Shown: in pieces, positions 26,146 to 40,944 of the stretch | Layout of the letters: the number at the start of each line of letters is the position of its first letter | Numbering within the stretch: the stretch's first letter is position 1 | From: Octopus vulgaris | Taxonomy: Eukaryota | NCBI GenBank assembly: GCA_951406725.2 | Contig: OX597815.1 | Coordinates: forward strand, 206,894,001 to 206,958,000 | Direction: 5' to 3' | DNA: 64,000 nucleotides | Translations under genes and position numbers: made by a program | Notes under the pieces: generated by a model | Seen by the model: only the letters and a program-made list of their open reading frames with translations | What the model was told of the DNA's origin: nothing | Databases searched by the model: none

Positions 26146-26540
26146 CAACAGCGCTAGTTGGGTTGTAATGAGCTGTATGATTCTACACCAGTTCATTAGT
26201 CTCGCAATGTCTATGTATGTCTATATATGTATGTCTCTCTATATATATGTATGTGTGTCCCTGCAGGTGTGGCTGCGTGTTCATAAGACGCAGGTGTACA
26301 GGTTGTAATGACAATGGACCAAAATATTATGATTAAATAACAAAGGAAAACAAAACATTAATCTAATAATTTCATCATTTACTCGCACGCCAATAATACC
26401 CAAGAGACGGCTGATATCCAGTTTTGTATCCTAGCTCTCTCTAAGGTATTACTGAAGTACGGAAAATGTGTGTGATGAACGAAGTAATTAAATTAATCTG
26501 CCTTGTTTACCTTTCTTATTATATCTATCTTACCTATTTT

Positions 26541-26601
<61 letters not shown>

Positions 26602-26678
26602 GTATGTGTGTATGTATGTACGAACGTACGTATGTATGTATGTATGTATGTATGTATGTATGTATGTATGTATGTATG

Positions 26679-26715
<37 letters not shown>

Positions 26716-26873
26716 TCATATATAGATATCTGTCTGAGTGTGCGAGTGTTCGTGTCTGTGTATACACTCATGTTTGTGGTTGTGTATGTGTATCTTCATA
26801 TTTATATATGTGTATGTGTGTGTGCGCATGTGTGATTGTATAGATATATTTGTATACACACACATACACATGC

Positions 26874-26928
<55 letters not shown>

Positions 26929-26929
26929 A

Positions 26930-26961
<32 letters not shown>

Positions 26962-26962
26962 G

Positions 26963-27033
<71 letters not shown>

Positions 27034-27041
27034 ATAGATAT
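26541..27041. repeat. compound (TATC)n/(TATG)n/(TA)n/(GATA)n microsatellites
   Basis: direct reading. Confidence 0.9.
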
Positions 27042-27450
27042 CAATATAGATATGATATCTTGTACGTGTTTGTGCTTAATATTGTAGTGTTTCTTGCAAG
27101 AAGTTCCTTCTTATTTTTTCCACTAATTGGTACCGAAATATTTAAACTCAAAAAAATTTCTATAAAAAAATCTAGTGAACTAATATTATCTTATTGATTA
27201 GTTAAATGGTGCCTTATCTACAATCCATAGATTAACCCATTAGCTGCCAAATATTTCATTCATAATTTTGGGGTTTGCCAGGTGTCTTAGGAGTTGAAAT
27301 AATATATAGTATTTAAAATTTTGAAAATGTGAATTATTTTAGAAATTATGATACATTTTTCGAAAGGTCCCAAATAGGGATCGCTAAAAAAAAAAGCATA
27401 TTTATCCTTTTCTATTCAACTGCAATAATAAGCATTTTAGTGGGTTTTTT

Positions 27451-27853
27451 TGGCTGTGTGGTAAGTAGCTTGCTAACCTACCACATGGTTCCGGTTCAGT
27501 CCCACTGCGTGGCATCTTGGGTAAGTGTCTTCTTCTATAGCCCCGGGCCGACCAATGCCATGTGAGTGGATTTGGTAGACGGAAACTGAAAGAAGCCTGT
27601 CGTATATATGTATATATGTATGTGTGTGTATATGTTTGTGTGTCTGTGTTTGTCCCCCTAACATTGCTTGACAACTGATGCTGGTGTGTTTACGTCCCCG
27701 TCACTTAGCGGTTCGGCAAAAGAGACCGATAGAATAAATACTGGGCTTACAAAGAATAAGTCCCGGGGTCGATTTGCTCGACTAAAGGCGGTGCTCCAGC
27801 ATGGCCGCAGTCAAATGACTGAAACAAGTAAAAGAGTAAAAGAGTAAAGAGTA
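27451..27853 (+). mobile_element. SINE family B
   Basis: colinear with other B copies. Confidence 0.9.
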
Positions 27854-28489
27854 TAGTATGAAATGCGAATGGGTATGAAATATTAACGATTGATATAGAT
27901 GGGAAATGCAAAAGAAAAAAACATTTTCAAAACCGTCAATAGATTTTGTAGTTCGAAATTTACGATTTATGATATAAAATGTCCTCTAGGGCTAAAAACG
28001 ACACACTTTAACTATTAAACATTGTTAAACACACCTCTGAAAATGCAATGTACACAAGAAATTCACTTTAAATTCAACGACCAACCGGCAGTGACACTGT
28101 TTTTAGAAGATCCACAAATGAAGCACGTAGCAGGCAATGGGTTTAGAGAAACGTGCTTCGTAGTCATTATCATCACCATCGTCATCCTTTTTTGACTCCG
28201 CTTCGTAAGTTGGCATCTGTTTATCTAAAAGCATCGTTTCTAATGCTAACTGCAGTGAAATTATATAAAAAGCTGGGTAGTTTAATACCTACGTGAGGTT
28301 AAGCCTCACAAATAGCCTACAAATATTACTTCACTCTTTCTCGTTCTTATACATGAATAAGATGAAAAAGTAATGCTTCATGTAATTTTCCAATACAATT
28401 ACTCATTGTTGGAAGATGTATAAAAAATTAAAACTGTTTTCAACTTTACCAAATCACTCTCTCCCTACATACATAAATATGTAAATCTT

Positions 28490-28580
<91 letters not shown>

Positions 28581-28858
28581 GGATTTGAAAAATTATTATA
28601 TACAGATGAGACATATGCTATTTTGTCTCATAATTATATGTTAATTTCTGGCGCTCCCGCTGATGAGAACTTCGCCTAACAAATTGTTTTATTTGTTAAT
28701 TAAATTTCGAAACGTAGGTACAGGAGGTAAATATTGTAAATATTTTTATTTTTCATTCCCTTCGAAATTGCTCCTAACCGTGGTTTGGATTTTGCCTGTT
28801 CCTTCTAGCATGGAAGATGTCCTGTTAGGGTCACCTCTTTTGTGTTAAATGTACACTA
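28581..28858 (+). mobile_element. hammerhead-bearing element (extended stem II family), 5'-truncated
   Basis: homologous to 59203-59400 and 59791-59929; ends AAATGTACACT before (TA)n; preceded by (TATC)n. Confidence 0.75.
28654..28726 (+). ncRNA. type I hammerhead motif with extended stem II
   Basis: CTCCCG-CTGATGA-GAA..TAACAAAT(tgtttt)ATTTGTTA..TTC-GAAA-C(gtag)G-TA^CAGGAG. Confidence 0.7.
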
Positions 28859-28888
28859 ATTTTATATATATATGTATGTATGCCTGTA

Positions 28889-28935
<47 letters not shown>

Positions 28936-28953
28936 ATATGTGTGTGTATGTAT

Positions 28954-29074
<121 letters not shown>

Positions 29075-29809
29075 TATATGTATATATATAATGCGTAGAT
29101 GTGTTTGTGCGTAAGTGTCAGTTTGCAAATATATGTATCTATGGCTATATATATATGTGTGTGTATGTTGTTGACTGTATATGTAACTAGAGATGTTTCT
29201 TAACAGTGATTAAACTCCGCACACAAATTTCTTTGCTATTTGTCAGAAAACCTACAATGCAAACCGATGATGCAGCTTTTTGCTATTTGTGTATGCATCA
29301 GTACAATGAATAAATGCACAGCTATGTGGAAATAATCATTCTTCTGCTTAAATTTGAGTAAGGTTTCGTAAACGATACCTCCATCTGCAGCGCAGTTTAG
29401 AATAGTTTGAACCAGTTAACAACGTGAGCGTTTGCATATAATATTTTAAATGATGCTCAAATCATTACTTCCTATTACGAACAAACAGCCTCAATTGTGA
29501 TTTGCAGCCATCTTCTGTTATAACCATATTTTCAAGATGAGTAATATCGAACCAACGACGGATCATGTACACATTCGGTCGCCTTGCAAGAAAGAGCAGT
29601 CAAAGTGCCGTTAGTTCATATCTTACCAATGATGAATGTGATTTTGCATTGTATTATGCGGGTTTAGAAGGGAATACCGTGACTGTAGAGAAGATAAAAT
29701 GTCATAAACTGGAATGTGTTTGTTTGTTGTTCCGCTGTGGGTAGAAACAAACTGCAACTGTAGCAGCGACAGCGATAATAATAGGAGCAACACCAACGGC
29801 TTAGACAGC

Positions 29810-30330
29810 AGCAATGGCCCAGTGGTTAGGGCAGCGGACTCGCGATCGTAAGAACGCGGTTTCGATTCCCAGACCGGGCATTGTGAGTGTTTATTGAGCA
29901 AAACCACCTAAGCTCCATGAGGCCCCGGCGGGGGTGGGTGGTGAACCCCGCTGTACTCTTTCCTTACAACTTTCTCTAACTCTTTCTTCATACTTCTCCC
30001 ACAAAGCAGAGGAACCGTTGTGTAACCCACTATGTTGTGGTAAACTTTCAGACCCTAGTCTAGATTGCGAATCCTCTGTACCCCAGGATGGTTCAGCTCT
30101 CCACCCGTTAAAAGCAACCGTTTATGGAATGAGGATAACAACGTAGCTTTCGCACCCGTGCAACCGCCAGTCTATCGCGTGAGGCGGGTGGATTTTCAAG
30201 TTGCCGCACGCATTTTTAGTAGCTTAGAGTAGGCTCGAATTAGAGATTATTCTTTGTGGCTAATGGCGTGAGTCCTGATTGGAAAAAGAAGAAGAAGAAG
30301 AAGAAGAAGAAGAAGAAGAAGAAGAAGAAG
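29810..30330 (+). mobile_element. SINE A2 with (GAA)n tail
   Basis: colinear with 8201-8699. Confidence 0.88.
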
Positions 30331-30678
30331 ACAACAGCAGTAGCAACAAAAGCGATAATTACAGCAACAACAACAAAAGCAGCAGCAACCACCGAAAAGC
30401 AAAAACAATTGTAGCTGCAGTAACAACGTCATCAACAATAACCACCACTTCATCATCAATAATAACAGCACCAACAACAACGACAGTAGGAAATGAGGAA
30501 TATCTCTAAAATCCCCTCAATACATTTGCACATCGATCAAGGAAGTTGTTATAATGTAATCAAGCTATTAAATGTGCAATTAAATGTTGCTGCACTCGAG
30601 TTCTTGCAAAATAGATAAATGAATAAATACGTGAGTAAAACACTTTATGAATTAAAATTTTCCCTCTTAGATGGATAT

Positions 30679-31055
30679 ACTCTTTACTCTTTTACTCTTT
30701 TACTTGTTTCAGTCATTTGACTGGGCTTACACTTATTCATTGTAAGCCCAGTACTTATTCTATCGGTCTCTTTTGCCGAACCGCTAAGTGACGGGGACGT
30801 AAACACACCAGCATCGGTTGTCAAGCAATGCTAGGAGGACAAACACAGACACACAAACACACATGCATACATATACATATATACATATATACGACAAGCT
30901 TCTTTCAGTTTCCGTCTACCAAATCCACTCACAAGGCATTGGTCGGCCCGGGGCTATAGCAGAAGACACTTGCCCAAGATGCCATACAGTGGGACTGAAC
31001 CCGGAACCATGTGGTTGGTTAGCAAGCTACTTACCACACAGCCACTCCTGCGCCT
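30679..31055 (-). mobile_element. SINE family B (small deletion near tail)
   Basis: reverse-complement match to other B copies. Confidence 0.88.
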
Positions 31056-31078
31056 ATATATTACGGATATATTACAAA

Positions 31079-31113
<35 letters not shown>

Positions 31114-31596
31114 AAAGTAGTGATAATTTTTTTTTTTTTAGGAACTCTGAATGAGAAGAGTCAATGTAAAGAATGAGTTGAATGACAGATCTCTCCAATA
31201 ATCGTCATGCAATGTAAAACTGCATTTTGTCAAAACAAATTATATGACACCAAGGTATGACAGTTTGTAGTCATAAACATATTTATCATAAAATTGTACT
31301 GTTATATGCAAGAGATTGAAAAGCATAGCCGATCCGTTGTTATATTATACTTCCGGAGCAACTGCTAAAATTCACAAATAGATATATTACAGATATTGCT
31401 TTTAATAATCTACCGTAATATATAGGAATCATGTATATGTAGTTTGGAGTCATATCTTTTGCTATTCCGACTAGTTTCATGTCCAACACACTAGCGAGCT
31501 GCGTTATATAATATTCTATCGTAAACTCTGCCGTGCGAGGTTAAAACGTAACTGATATACTTTTCATAATACTCATGGACAAATAACCCAAGGCAT

Positions 31597-32119
31597 TATC
31601 ATCATCATTGTTCGACCGTGGTCGAGACAATGGAATTTACTATGTTACGCCAGACTTCACGGTCCATCATAGCATTACGGAGGTCCTGTTGTTGGATGCC
31701 TGTATCCCTGGAGATTACATCAGGGTAGGATAGTGTGCGCCCTCTGGTATCGCGGGTAGATGGTTTCCAGAGGAGAAGAGTAGAAATTACCTCGTTGTCC
31801 AGCAAACTGGACTCTTCTACCTTTCACAAGAGATGACACAGGTGGTAGTTTCCCATAGATTTTTACTTTGGTCGGATGACGCTTCCACGAGAGATTTTGA
31901 GCTCTCATAAGGAGGCGAGTGTAGGTTCCATCCAACTGCCTCTCAAGCTTCTTTGATAACGTCCAGGTCTCTGAGCCATATAGTAGGATTGGTTCGACTG
32001 TGGCTTTGAAGATTTCAAGTTTGAAGTCTCTACTTAGATTTGATGACCAGATCTTATGCATATCATTACAGGCTAACCAGGCCATACCCTTTCTACTTAG
32101 AAAATCTTTTTCAGATGAA
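31597..32119 (-). mobile_element. 5'-truncated RTE-clade LINE
   Basis: ILLYGSETWT motif, RRVQFAG, MMDREVWR; (TGA)n tail; TSD AAGGCAT (31590-31596, 32120-32126); one frameshift. Confidence 0.88.
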
Positions 32120-34107
32120 AAGGCATACAGTGCAACATATTCAGTTAGATAACCAGTAAAATATAAATAGGCTATCAAAGCGACCTCCAGGTTCCATAGT
32201 TTCATGAAATAATTTCATTGAAACAAATTTCCTTTTATCTTATATATGAAGGATATAAAATTTAAAAATAACCAGAATTAGACTGATTTTTCAGATAAAA
32301 TGTGAATATGTTGTTTGGTTATCAGGAATAAAGTAATAAAAATGATATCTTTAAGTCCATATCAGCAGTTGATGTAGAACGTTGTATACCACGCATTTAG
32401 TACATACATGCTTAGGCAGATGTCATTTACATACTTTTACAGTGAGGAAAACGTGCACCACTGCTGATTAATACTAGCATATAGAGTTTCTATCGCGTTT
32501 ACAGAAATCCATACAACCGTTTGTAGGTCTGTATATGTTTTATGGATTCAAACTGGCACCATGGGGATAATAGTACATGTGGGGGTTAGATTAACATAAT
32601 ATTCTAGCAAAATTTATTTTAACTAGACAAAAATAAACAAACAAATAAAATTAAAGATTAAATGAGATTTAACACCAGCATTTAGTTCATAGATGACTTC
32701 AGTGGAATTTATATTGTTGCCAATATTCAGATCAAAAGCAGCGTTACTTAAGCATGCAACAATTTTTGCAGTGTTGCAGCTGTTCATGCTGTGCATCGGC
32801 AACATCAGTCGTATAAGTCTGGGACGGTCATCAAAGATCATGGGAACTGAACTCCCTTTTCTTCGCTAACATTTTTACCGTTTAGTTAGAGAGGGAAGGA
32901 CAGATCTCGTGACCCGTTACTTTATTTCAGAGCCTTTGAGATTGGTAAGGGGGAAGGAAGAAGTTATCCTTAGACCGGAGACCTGTCTCAAAGTTTTGCC
33001 AGACAAATCTGCTAAAAGGCATCAACAGAACAGAAGGTAGTTGAAAACTGGGCAACATGTTATGTTTTCTATTCAGTAACTCAGAATGTAAGGCTACGAA
33101 TCGGAATAAACACAAGACGTTTCCTCCGACATTCTAACAATTCTACCAGTCTACCTTCCTGGGTTGCTGCATTATTCTATTGACCCGAAACGATAAGATG
33201 CAGACTTGTCTTCGGTGGAAGTCGAACTCAGACTGCAGAGAGCTACATCAAATACGGCTCTGAGATTCTGCCAATTCCTTGTCATAAATGTAATTAAAGA
33301 AGTTCATTGTATTAAGAAAGAACAGACGAAGTTAACATTATTTCTATTAATATTTACCAAACAACAAAGGAAATTTCAAAGTTCTTCTCCTTGTCAAATT
33401 CTTTACACGCCAGTCGGTGAATGGCTAACATTTCCCAGCTGGCGATAACGACGCAACTACGAAAACATCCTACTTTATAGCGACGGCACTCGTGTTTGGG
33501 CAACGCTTGTCGGTATAGAATATATAAATAATTTTACTATGTTTACTCCAGAGCACAGACAATGATATGAATAGCAATCACATAGAAACCATTGTTTGGA
33601 TCTCTTTAGCCACTAGCAGTTCGTTTTGACCCTTCATTTCTGTTGTGAATTACACATGTTTGGCCTGAGGCAATACTGATCGTGCAAACCTATGAATAAT
33701 GCGTTCCAGATGTGAACCTTCTTTCTGGTTATATGTTGGATCAGAATAATTAATTTTAAAATTTTGGCGAATCGTACGAACGTTTAGACGCTCGGTATCC
33801 TTCGATATGCCTTATTGCCATATACACAGCCTATTTACAAGTCGATGTTGTAGTTTAGTGTCAGGTCAGCTCTGTTTGAGCTAACTTATGTTCAAAGTTA
33901 TCCTATCCGTAATGATCCAATGATTTTCTAGACCGACGTGTCCCATTTTTAAGTAGTTAGGGAAGAAAGTTGCTATAAAGTGTGTAACATGAATAAAGCA
34001 AAGCAAAGTAAGAAAACCATGATCTAACCGGTGTATATGAAATGATATTTATCTCTTACTGGATGGATTACTTCTTTTGCCCCAGGCCTACCTATAACAG
34101 AAAAGTA

Positions 34108-34155
<48 letters not shown>

Positions 34156-34156
<1 letters not shown>

Positions 34157-34560
34157 CTCTTTACTCTCTCTTTACTCTTTTACTTGTTTCAGTCATTTGA
34201 CTGCGGCCATGCTGGAGCACCGCCTTTAATCGAGCAACTCGACCCCGGGACTTATTCTTTTGTAAGTCCAGTACTTATTCTATCGGTCTCTTTTGCCGAA
34301 CCGCTAAGTAACGGGGACATAAACACACCACCATCGATTGTCAAGCAATGCTAGGGGGACAAACACAGACACACAAACACACACACGCATATATATATAT
34401 ACATATATACGACGGGCTTCTTTCAGTTTCCGTCTACCAAATCCACTCACAAGACTTTGGTCGGCCCAAGGCTATAGTAGAAGACACTTGCCCAAGATGC
34501 CACGCAGTGGGACTGAACCCGGAACCATGTGGTTGGTAGGCAAGCTACTTACCACACAGC

Positions 34561-34564
<4 letters not shown>
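34156..34564 (-). mobile_element. SINE family B between (TA)n tracts
   Basis: reverse-complement match to other B copies. Confidence 0.9.
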
Positions 34565-34614
<50 letters not shown>

Positions 34615-34618
<4 letters not shown>

Positions 34619-34973
34619 AATTCAAACAAAAAATGAAAACAGAAAACGAACGTGAGAACGTGCACAAGAAATGCCTTAGCTTGACACTCGGTGAAAGGAG
34701 AGAGTTTGCTGTTTCGAGTATAGCTCTTCGTCGGAAAGGAGAAAAGGAAAAGTCCAAAGATGGAGAAGAAATTGCCAATGGTACACGTGTAGTTACATTG
34801 CTGAAGTGACCGGAATATATATATATATATATATATATATATTTCCGACAGAAGAGCTCCGCTCGAAACGTCAAACCCTCCTTCTTCCATTCTTTCCTGA
34901 GCGTCCAATAATACTTTATTTGTTCCACATCCTTGCGTTGTTGTCTTTTTGTATTCTTGTTTGGATTAACTTT
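34615..34973. mobile_element. two divergently oriented Penelope-like terminal fragments around (TA)n
   Basis: 34615-34815 (-) and 34842-34973 (+) are diverged homologs, each with a degenerate hammerhead-like motif and a 3' end running into (TA)n. Confidence 0.6.
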
Positions 34974-36206
34974 ATATATATATATATATATAAATATATA
35001 TATAAATATGCAGTATAAGTAGAATCAACAAAAAATTCTCCATCCATGAGACATAAGTATCAATTTAATATACATTACGAAAGAGCTACAAATAATTTCA
35101 TGCTTTTATGATAATTTAAATAGGGAGATTTATAAAACACGCCATGTATCTTCAAGAAGCGTTTCAGACTCAGTGTATACACTAGATATATTTTAAAAAC
35201 CAAGCAGCTGGAAAGTGAGAAACCAAAATGAGAAGAAAAAGACGAAGGTTGATGCAAAAAATGAAACGAAAAGACAGAAAGGAAAATAAGAGAACCAAGA
35301 GACCCGTCATCCCTGATTGCAGAAACCACAATTATAGCAAGCTGGTGTAGAACAATATAAAAAAATACGTCAAAGTTTGCGAGAGAGCAACAGAATCCGG
35401 AGCGGGTGATGCCCTCCAGTTTGACAAAAGAAGCCTCTGAAATTGTTTGCACATGCTAAAAATGATTAGCTCTGGAATTAAGTAGTATGGTGGAATTCTT
35501 GAATCTGAAAAGAATATAAAACATTTCTGCTATATAGTTGCATTTCTAATATCCATTAACATATGACTTGGATTTCTCTACTTGAAGTGGAGAATCGTGG
35601 AGAAATCCACGACATGTTTTAGTTGACAACACAAGTGTTAAATTTTTCTTTTCTTCTATCAAGTTTGTCGTGAATTATGAAGGTAATAAATCTCTCATCA
35701 ACATTTCTATAACTTCCTAAATACATCTTCTGGGTGAACTGATATATGCGTGTGTTGTAGCATTTATATATTCGGCAAGGCATGTGAGATTGGTGCATAC
35801 ATTAACCACCGGAACTAGAATATTTTGACTGTTAAAACTATGTTCTCATACAGAACATTCACCATGAATTAGGCTGTCGTAAGTAATGCTTCTATTATAA
35901 ATCATTTATTTTTCAGGAGGGATTCTATATACTATAGACGTGTTGACCAGTAAATGTTGTCCAGTGCATTATCCACAGAAAAGGCGCCAATTAAGGATAA
36001 ATATATTGCTAACAAAGTACAATGCTAAAATAGACGCACAGACATCATATTCTTAATACAAATATAAACAAACACCAGACTGATGCTATCTGAATCAACC
36101 ATTTAAAAAATCAAATTTTGGCGGAAATGTCTACACCGAGCAAATACAATTCCTCGGTGTATTCTTGTATATTTGTATGTGCGAATGTGTGGCACGTTCA
36201 ATTTAG

Positions 36207-36299
<93 letters not shown>

Positions 36300-36300
<1 letters not shown>

Positions 36301-36708
36301 GGCGCAGGAGTAGCTGTGTGGTAAGTAGCTTGTTTACCAGCCACATGGTTCCGGGTTCAGCCCACTGCGTGGCACCTTGGGCAAGTGTCTTCTACTATAG
36401 CCTCGGGCCGATCAAAGCCTTGTGAGTGGATTTGGTAGACGGAAACTGAAAGAAGCCTGTCGTATATATGTATATATATATGTATGTGCCTGTATGTTTG
36501 TGTGTCTGTGTTTGTCCCCCTAGCATTGCTTGACAACCGATGCTGGTGTGTTTATGTCCCCGTCACTTAGCGGTTCGGCTAAAGAGACCGATAGAATAAG
36601 TACTGGGCTTACAAAGAATAAGTCCCGGGGTCGAGTTGCTCGATTAAAGGCGGTGCTCCAGCATGGCCGCAGTCAAATGACTGAAACAAGTAAAAGAGTA
36701 AAATAGTA
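36300..36708 (+). mobile_element. SINE family B
   Basis: full-length match to other B copies. Confidence 0.9.
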
Positions 36709-37902
36709 TATATATTTAAAATATATATATATATTTATATTTATATTTATAGTTATATATGTATAGCAGATCATTGAATCATTTCTTGGTACATTACTAT
36801 TTTTAGATATTTCTTACGTCAACGATAATTTTCGTATTTTTTGAAAACCTGAATTAGAGATTTTAATGCTCGGATTTCTAACATCAAAGATATGTTATGA
36901 ATAACTAACTTCATCATGCCTACAGATTCATTTTCCTTCGGTGCAGCGCTACAATTTCTTTAAACCTTCACCGTCAGTATGAGCCATATTTTGATTAGAA
37001 AACAATTCTTTAGTGTTATGAATGTCTGTATTGGTAAGCTTTAGAACAGCTTGATGTGAGTGGTTATCAGTCGAAGCTTGTATGTAAGAAATGAAGCCTA
37101 CGCAAACAAAGATAAAATAGTTATTGAAAGATGTTTGGATATATGCGTATATCTGTAGGTATATGTATTTGCACACGCACAGAGAGAAGCACACACACAT
37201 TCACACACACACACAGGCACACACGTATATATGTGAGTATATGTGCGCACGTATGTATAAGTGTATGTGTGTATGTGTGTGTGTACATGGTGTTCAAAAG
37301 CATTTATATTCATACAGAATGATGATAAAGTCAGTGTTTATTAAATTACATTTCGTTTTCAAAATTTAATAGAATCTACTGGCAGAATTTAGTTATATCA
37401 TACATGAACGTCTGTTTTCAAACTGATGACCGTTCTGGTAAAAGAACGAACGAATATTATGCCCTCATCAGCTGTTTCGCTAAGGATATGCAGTTTCTAT
37501 GTCTTCAGATGGAACTACTCTAGTAACGTCAACAAATCACAAGGTAGAATTTGTCAATTAAATTCAATAAAACGTAAATCTTTGATATCCTTTTCTTTTC
37601 TTTCTTCTCTCCACATCTTTCCTCATCTCTATTGTACAAGGCATTTTGCCCAAGATTCCGAACAAGATGTCGAATCTAAAACTTCATGATTGCAAAACGA
37701 ACTTGTTAACTACGCAACCATGCCCCTCACAACTGGATAGAGCAGCAAACAACCAGAAATGTGATCGGTATTTTACATGTTGCTCCTCTCATGAAGTTGT
37801 GTTCTCGATCAGCCCATTTAATGAAAAACCCCATCGTTACAAATTTAGAGCTTGATTCGTTAATTACATTGACAAATTCAAATTCTTTCTGCGAGGATAA
37901 AA

Positions 37903-37947
37903 ACCTACCTGGTATACCTGAGCCGTACTCAGGTATACCAGGTAGGT
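37903..37947. repeat. perfect 20-bp inverted repeat with 5-nt loop
   Basis: ACCTACCTGGTATACCTGAG-ccgta-CTCAGGTATACCAGGTAGGT. Confidence 0.95.
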
Positions 37948-38433
37948 GATTTGTCTCCCATCGACCTAACGCTAGGAATACGGAAGATAAGAATAAGACC
38001 AAGGGGATCATGTGAGTCAGAGGAAAAAACGAAAATCATCTCTGTTTAAAATGAAATAGGAATTTACATATTTCTGTTAGTTTCGATAAATATGAAGAAA
38101 TGCATTCCTTAGTCGAACATAGCTTCATACTTAGCTTCATGTGCAAATTATAAAGTACACTTTATCGCTTGATACTGATTTGTCACACATTAAATTTTCT
38201 GTAGGATATCTTTGCCAAGCTGGCAATCAACACTTCAGTATTAATAACGAGGAACAGATAGTGTAAAAATGTCAGCATGTAAGATTCTTTATCCGAAATG
38301 ACGCATGTCCAATTCTATGAATCCAAAATTTATTCTACGCTGTTCACTTACGCCGATTCCTATTATCGGCCTTACATTGCTGTCTGGTCGTGATTAGCGT
38401 GCTATACATTTACACATTGCACAACACAGCTAA

Positions 38434-38829
38434 TCTTTATATATAAAAGTGAAGTTGTGTGAGTGCCTGTCTCCTACGATTTAGATTCCTAACTACTCCC
38501 ACATTTTGCGGTGCAGTTTAACCAAAAGCGGGTATCTTATAGTTGTGATTCATATCGAGCCCTTCTGGGTATTAGCGCGCGTCTACGATGAGTCTACGAT
38601 TTTTAAAATAATTTACCATAATTTTTTTCCATTTTAAAGCATATTTTTTAAATAAAGGGAAGTAACTCTGTAAACATGTCTACGATGAGTCAACGATTTA
38701 AAAAAAAATTTACCATAATTTTTTTTCCGTTTTTAATGCATTTTTTGCTGTTTTTTGGCTATAACTCTCTAAAAATGCTTTATAGTTATTTCCCTTACAA
38801 ACCCGAGCAACGCCGGGCAATACTGCTAG
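38434..38829 (+). mobile_element. non-autonomous Helitron
   Basis: A|TC 5' end, 3' hairpin CCCG(agcaacgc)CGGG, terminal CTAG|T, no TSD; internal duplication at 38581/38678. Confidence 0.88.
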
Positions 38830-39529
38830 TTCAGATATAAATTCTTACAAATACTCAGTGAACTTACGTCATTATTATGATAGTTAGTCTATTTTCCTTC
38901 CTTAATTTATTGTTATATTTTGTTTTCTTCGGAAGCAAAAACGAAATTTACTTCTCAAAATGTAAGTTCCTCATTAGATTATTGTTTACATATCTGTAGA
39001 AGTGCTGCTGCAACATTTGAACAAACTATACTGCATCCAAACGAAGGTAATTCGGCTCATTCGCGAATTCTTGCTCACCAATATTCTACAATTATTGAAC
39101 TATAAAATGCGTTACTATATCCACCCAAGGTACCATCATGTATGCCAAACCCTCTCACATCATCCGATGTAATGATACGTAATTTGCTTTATCTTTCAAA
39201 TCCTTCACTAAACTCTTTTTTGAATCAGTCTTTAGCATTGCTACAACCGTCTCGAATTCCAACGCTTCTAATGCTTCCGTTCATATATAAGCCTAAATTA
39301 AGTAATCAAACACGTTTCTCTCGGCAACCTTGGAAAGCTTGTTTCATGAGCGCCATTCCTCCTTTGTTTAGACGAAGACAAAAAGGAATTTGTAACGTCT
39401 GATTTATCTTGGTTTCTATTGCTTTATTTTAATAATGTGATGGGATATAAATTCACGATGCAAACGCCTTGTATACACAACTATTAGCACACGCACATCA
39501 AAAGTACGTTCCCACAGAGTTAAAAAAAG

Positions 39530-39849
39530 ACTCCGCCGGTTACGACGACGAGGGTCCCAGCTGATACGATCAACGGAACAGCCTGCTCGTGAAATTAACG
39601 TGCAAATGGCTGAGCATTCCACAGACACGTGTACCCTTAACGTAGTTCTCGGGGATAATCAGCGTGACACAGAGAGTGACAAGGCTGACCCTTTGAAATA
39701 CAAGTACAACTCATTTTTGCCAGCTGAGTGGACTGGAGCAACGTGAAATAAAGTGTCTTGCTCAAGGACACAACGCGTCGCCGGGAATCGAACTCACAAC
39801 CTTACGATCATGAGCCGAATGCCCTAACCACTAAGCCACGCGCCCTCAC
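39530..39849 (-). mobile_element. older SINE: 20652-type head with A1-type body
   Basis: 3' part matches A1; 5' part matches the head of the 20652 copy. Confidence 0.8.
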
Positions 39850-40504
39850 CCCCACAGAGGTACACACACGCACACACACACACACAATCAGTACAGATTC
39901 ACGCACAGATACAAACATACACATAAATATAAAGAGTACACACGCTTACACACGTACACATACGCAGATACATATATATATATACATGTTATTTATAATA
40001 CTGCGCTTCAAACAACATACTATGAAAACCTATTGTTTCCAGTTTTAGTGTAAGAAACACTGACATCAAGCTGTCAGCTGTTATATGAAATATCAGGTGC
40101 TAACGATGGGGATCTTGTGTAACTATTCCAACAGTAAATAACACAACATTCAAACAACGGACTAAACTATTGAATAACAGAGTTCTTACCCAGCATGTTA
40201 TGTTAGTCTTTGAGTAACGAGAGAAATATTCACGAGTGAGATAAACCATTATACAATTCTGACACTTCACAAACAATCTATCGAGGAAAGAATGGTATTA
40301 TTTATAAAATACAACGCCAGCAACAGATTGACTGTAATAGCAGTAGCAGTATCACAGACCCAAGGCCAGATATTAAACCCAAGACCAATATTTGATTTGG
40401 CACTTTCTTTCGATATCAGATTCGAACTCAGAACGTAAAGAGGTCTCAAGCAAATAGAGCAAAGCAGCTTATCAGCTGCTCTAACGATTTTGTCAGTCCT
40501 TCGT

Positions 40505-40944
<440 letters not shown>

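Noticed and set aside
30247-30509. Poly-E / poly-L ORFs
   Set aside because: SINE (GAA)n tail plus simple repeats
35075-35452. 125-aa ORF or purine-rich exon candidate
   Set aside because: No recognisable domain or convincing splice context; stops in plus frames
37423-37480. CTGATGA and TCATCAG flanking a 6-bp hairpin
   Set aside because: GAAA box missing or misplaced on both strands
38920-39402. Possible host exon
   Set aside because: Minus strand looks at best like a heavily decayed LINE remnant with stops; cannot be assigned
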